From NCBI GenBank assembly GCA_965200645.1, contig CBDAUN010000001.1, positions 211,044 through 275,043 of the forward strand: a stretch of 64,000 bases of DNA, given 5' to 3'. The stretch comes from Arenicellales bacterium (GTDB lineage: Bacteria > Pseudomonadota > Gammaproteobacteria > Arenicellales > JAJDZL01). Position numbers and translations under genes: made by a program. The notes beneath the pieces were generated by a model. It did no database searches and was not told where the DNA came from. It saw only the letters and a program-made list of their open reading frames with translations. Below are positions 60,793 through 64,000 of the stretch, in pieces (the first letter of the stretch is position 1; each line of letters begins with the position of its first letter).

Positions 60793-62012
60793 AGCAATCC
60801 AAGATACACCAGTACATTCCTATTTTCATAGCACTGTTTTGGACGTTTTTCACCTCTAACGCAGTGGCTGAAATTCAGCTTCAATCCCAGTCTCTAGAGC
60901 ATCGGAAAATTGGCAGTGTAGAAATGCTCGTTCCGGAAGGATTTGTTCTTGAAGTGCTGAACGACAAACTCAACCGACCGCGGATGATTACGTTCGCTCC
61001 GAACGGCGATATGCTGATTGGGTCCGCCAAAACAGTCTACCACCTAAAACCACCGTATGTGGAAGCATCCAACTACTTAAGTATTGATGGCTATCCGCAT
61101 AGCACCGCAATTCGTGATCAAGAATTGTTTATCGCAACAACGAAAGGGATTCATAAGACAAATTACGACCCCGATGTAACTCGAATTAGACCGTTAGACC
61201 TGACGAGAATTGCGAAGCTGCCGGGTGGATTTGGTCACAGCTCGAGAACCATCGATATCGCACCCGATGGTTCAGTCATTGTCAGTCTAGGCATCACCGG
61301 CAACTGTAGCGACGAATACATTTCGGATGATTACTCGTTCAAAGACCGCAGAGGTGGCATGCTGCGTCTGATTGAGTCTGAAGACGAATATTCATGGGAA
61401 CCATATGCGAGTGGACTGCGTAATCCTGTAGGCTTCGACTTTCACCCCATCACCGGTGTGATGTATTCAGCCAACAATGGCCCAGACCACTGGGGCTTTG
61501 ATCGTCCTCCCGAGTACTTTTCCAAAGTGGAACCAAACTCGTTTCACGGCATGCCATGGTATCAGTATGTCGATTCAACGCTGTATCGAGATCAATGCAT
61601 TGCTTCAAGTCCACCGCGTCCAGGCAGCGATGTGGTTGCTCCTGTAGCAACATTTCCGGCACGAGTCGCTCCGCTTGGAATGTCTTTTGTTCCGCAAAAT
61701 TCACTCGGAGAAGGATTTGATCTAAACGCTGTAGTGGCATTACACGGGTCTTGGGCTACCCAACCCGATGGTGACTATATCGGTCCATCGGCAACCCGCA
61801 GACCTCCTGCTGTGGTGCTGGTCGAATTTGCCAATAACGAAGCGACGGGTTCCGTTGCTCCCGTCGTCTTAGGTTTTCAGCTTGAAGATGGCACTCGCAT
61901 TGCACGACCCGCTGGAATCGCGATTGGCCCCGACAACGCTCTATACTTCACCAGTGACGGCGGAGCCATCGAAGGGCTGTTTCGGCTTCGACGTATAATT
62001 CAACAATCCTAA
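60789..62012 (+). CDS. PQQ-dependent sugar / L-sorbosone dehydrogenase family beta-propeller, exported
   Basis: Signal peptide; GLRNPVG, HGMPW, APLGM.F, LHGSW, RPAGIA..PD..LY..SD. Confidence 0.82.
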   Translation: MKQSKIHQYIPIFIALFWTFFTSNAVAEIQLQSQSLEHRKIGSVEMLVPEGFVLEVLNDKLNRPRMITFAPNGDMLIGSAKTVYHLKPPYVEASNYLSIDGYPHSTAIRDQELFIATTKGIHKTNYDPDVTRIRPLDLTRIAKLPGGFGHSSRTIDIAPDGSVIVSLGITGNCSDEYISDDYSFKDRRGGMLRLIESEDEYSWEPYASGLRNPVGFDFHPITGVMYSANNGPDHWGFDRPPEYFSKVEPNSFHGMPWYQYVDSTLYRDQCIASSPPRPGSDVVAPVATFPARVAPLGMSFVPQNSLGEGFDLNAVVALHGSWATQPDGDYIGPSATRRPPAVVLVEFANNEATGSVAPVVLGFQLEDGTRIARPAGIAIGPDNALYFTSDGGAIEGLFRLRRIIQQS

Positions 62013-62840
62013 CTAACTACCACCCGGGAGAAGGGACAATGTCCAGCGCTACACAGAACTTCACACGTTGAGAGATTCAATGTTTCATACCTGACATGAG
62101 CGTCGGGGCACGCCATTTCGGCAAACAAACGCTTGATTGGTTCAAGAAGGCTTCTGAGTCAGGCCAGCACACGCATACTTGATGTGCGGCAACCAATACC
62201 GGAATATTCTACGGCATTGCTGGAAGCTACAACGGCCCGCACCAAAGAGGCCGAGCCGGGCTGCTCGTTAACCGTTTTGCTGAATTCTCCTCCGCACAAC
62301 ACGGCTTCTTTGAAATATCCATTGGTTCCGGAGACCGAATTGCGCCCAAAGCGCTGAACCTTCCGGTTTTTCCAGACTCCGCCCAGCCCAAGATCACCAC
62401 AGTCATGAATCGCCGGCGAATTACCACAGCGGCGATTGACAAAATACTGGGAATCCGGCTGCGCAAGAGTCAAGCCCGGCAGCGGGTTGTCCTGATTAAC
62501 AAAGACGACTAGTGCATCAATAGCCACCGGTGCAGCGGTGGGCTGGTAGCCGTAGCGGATTTCAAAGGCCTCGATCTCGTTACTCTGCAATTTCCCGCCT
62601 GACCGGGCCGATATTGGCGGTGCTCTCGGTCAGGGCCGGCAACACGGTGGAAGACCCGGCTGCCTGAATTTGGATATTGACACCGTGATAGAAGCGACTG
62701 AATTCCTCCCTCCCCCGAGGATCATCAGACGGGCGAGGGTGTCGGAACCCACACTGGTCAGATTACCGAAGATGCCGCCACCGGCTCATAGGTCGGAATG
62801 GCGTTTTTCGGGTCTTCAGCCGCCAACTGTCCGCCCCGGG
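62010..62840 (-). pseudogene. pstS: Phosphate ABC transporter substrate-binding protein, frameshifted
   Basis: Pieces in different frames: IPTYEPV / [15 protein letters not shown] / [15 protein letters not shown] / EIEAFE..YGY.PT...VAIDAL.VFVN.DNP...GRNSVSGT.GYFK...VNEQPGSAS.V. Premature TGA at 62159. Confidence 0.85.
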
Positions 62841-62960
62841 GGCAGGTAGCAAAGCAGGGTAACCGGTAAGCAACTGCCACAGGGTCAGCTTACGGCCAGA
62901 AACCGGCCAAATACGACAGAAAGGAGAGGAGTAAAATCGGGTCAGCTGGTCTGGAGTTAC

Positions 62961-63746
62961 CTAGAACTCAACCAACTGCCTGCGGGCCCGCTGGACAATC
63001 ATTCGCGCATAGGCGTCCTTCGGTTCCAGGCTTATCGCATGGCGTAGCAGTTCTTCCGCCCGTTTGCCATGCTTACGGCGGCTTAGTGTCAGCAGTCCCC
63101 GACCGACTTCCGCATACACCACAAGGTCATCTTCTGCCAGTCTCAGCGCATGTTCGTAATGTTCAAGAGCCTTGGAAGGCCTGGCACCATAGGTGAGGTT
63201 TGCGACAATTTTGCCAGCCCTGGATACAACTTCCGCATGCCATGAGCCAAGCTGCAGGTGGGCATACGTCATATCACGATCCAGAACGAGCACATCTTCA
63301 GCCAGTTGGCGCGAACGGCTAAGGTGACCATCTAGCAGTGCCCTCGGAGTCGGTATGTTCTGGGCGTAACGACCCACAGCATGTGCCAGTTGAAAGGCAA
63401 TCCACGGATCCTCGGGCTGCAAGTGAACAGCCCTTTCGGCCAGTTCAATAGCATGCAGCAACACCTCCGGGCGCTCCGATTCCGTTTCCAGAAAATAATG
63501 GGCGTAGATGGACAGAGCTTCTGCAGCTAGTGCATAACCTTCAGCAGTTGCAGCCGCTTCTCCAAGCCTTGCGGCCTTTTGCCAACGACCCTCGGTAAAG
63601 GCCACACGGGCATCATCCATGACTTCAATGTCCTGGGCTGAACTCATTTCAGACGCGGCCTCTGCCAACAACGTCAGTGTCAGACAAGCGACTGCCAAAC
63701 AGGATGTTATTGGCCGCTTCAGCCTGGCAAACATCAACTCTGACAC
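62961..63746 (-). CDS. Hypothetical exported alpha-helical (TPR-like) protein
   Basis: Signal-peptide-like N-terminus; Ala/Leu-rich helical repeats (AERAV.L.P, A...LG.WH.E). Confidence 0.65.
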   Translation of the reverse strand: MSELMFARLKRPITSCLAVACLTLTLLAEAASEMSSAQDIEVMDDARVAFTEGRWQKAARLGEAAATAEGYALAAEALSIYAHYFLETESERPEVLLHAIELAERAVHLQPEDPWIAFQLAHAVGRYAQNIPTPRALLDGHLSRSRQLAEDVLVLDRDMTYAHLQLGSWHAEVVSRAGKIVANLTYGARPSKALEHYEHALRLAEDDLVVYAEVGRGLLTLSRRKHGKRAEELLRHAISLEPKDAYARMIVQRARRQLVEF

Positions 63747-64000
63747 TTCCTGGCAGCACCATTGCTGCCCCTTGTAAGTTTACCTACCGCAAAACCAAAC
63801 CCGATCAGCACAATGCCAGTTGCAACTGGAGTATTTTTGAGTCTGTAGCCGTCAATTACCGTATGGTCTGAGCAGTGAAATGGTAAAAACCGGTCACTGC
63901 CGTGCCAATGATGCAAGTGGTTGACGGGGAATGCTGTGAAATACCGAAAGGATTACCACGGGCTTTGATTGACTGCATGCAGTGCGTCTGGCATCTTGTA

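Noticed and set aside
3123-63916. Numerous 60-170 aa antisense or alternate-frame ORFs in the track overlapping recognised genes
   Set aside because: Shadow ORFs of well-supported genes, with no motifs or RBS support.

Overview
Chromosomal window from a moderate-GC bacterium. The gene order (tkt-gap-pgk-pyk-fba; yqgE-ruvX-pyrR-pyrB-pyrC'; yggS-proC-yggT; mutY-yggX-tRNA-Phe) suggests a gammaproteobacterium, possibly marine or host-associated (inference). Most of the window is housekeeping: katG (cut by the left edge), molybdopterin biosynthesis, glycolysis/pentose phosphate, pyrimidine synthesis, DNA repair and pepN. Accessory blocks: (1) about 7.4-11.8 kb, between two groups of Moco genes, holds a dead parE fragment, an Rpn/YhgA-family PD-(D/E)XK nuclease, a GC-rich multi-hairpin non-coding tract and an orphan amino-methyltransferase. 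The nuclease has an internal SD+ATG for its small C-terminal antitoxin (RpnS) and is followed by two free-standing tandem copies of that module. The three modules carry 2, 10 and 4 four-residue repeats. This Rpn + RpnS-cassette array is the best candidate for an undescribed system. (2) Two putative defence nuclease-helicases (DUF2075 and a SauUSI-like PLD-helicase-DUF3427) flank tRNA-Phe. (3) An mttB / SDR / SDR / FAD-oxidase / ALDH / DapA-like catabolic cluster. (4) A 1-kb intergenic region hides a 43-aa membrane micro-protein and a candidate structured RNA upstream of a beta-carbonic anhydrase. (5) A lexA-imuA-imuB-dnaE2 cassette has a perfect 22-bp palindrome as candidate operator. (6) A frameshifted pstS pseudogene lies near the right end. 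No CRISPR array, integrase, reverse transcriptase or rRNA was recognised. All calls come from motif recognition by eye; no searches were run.
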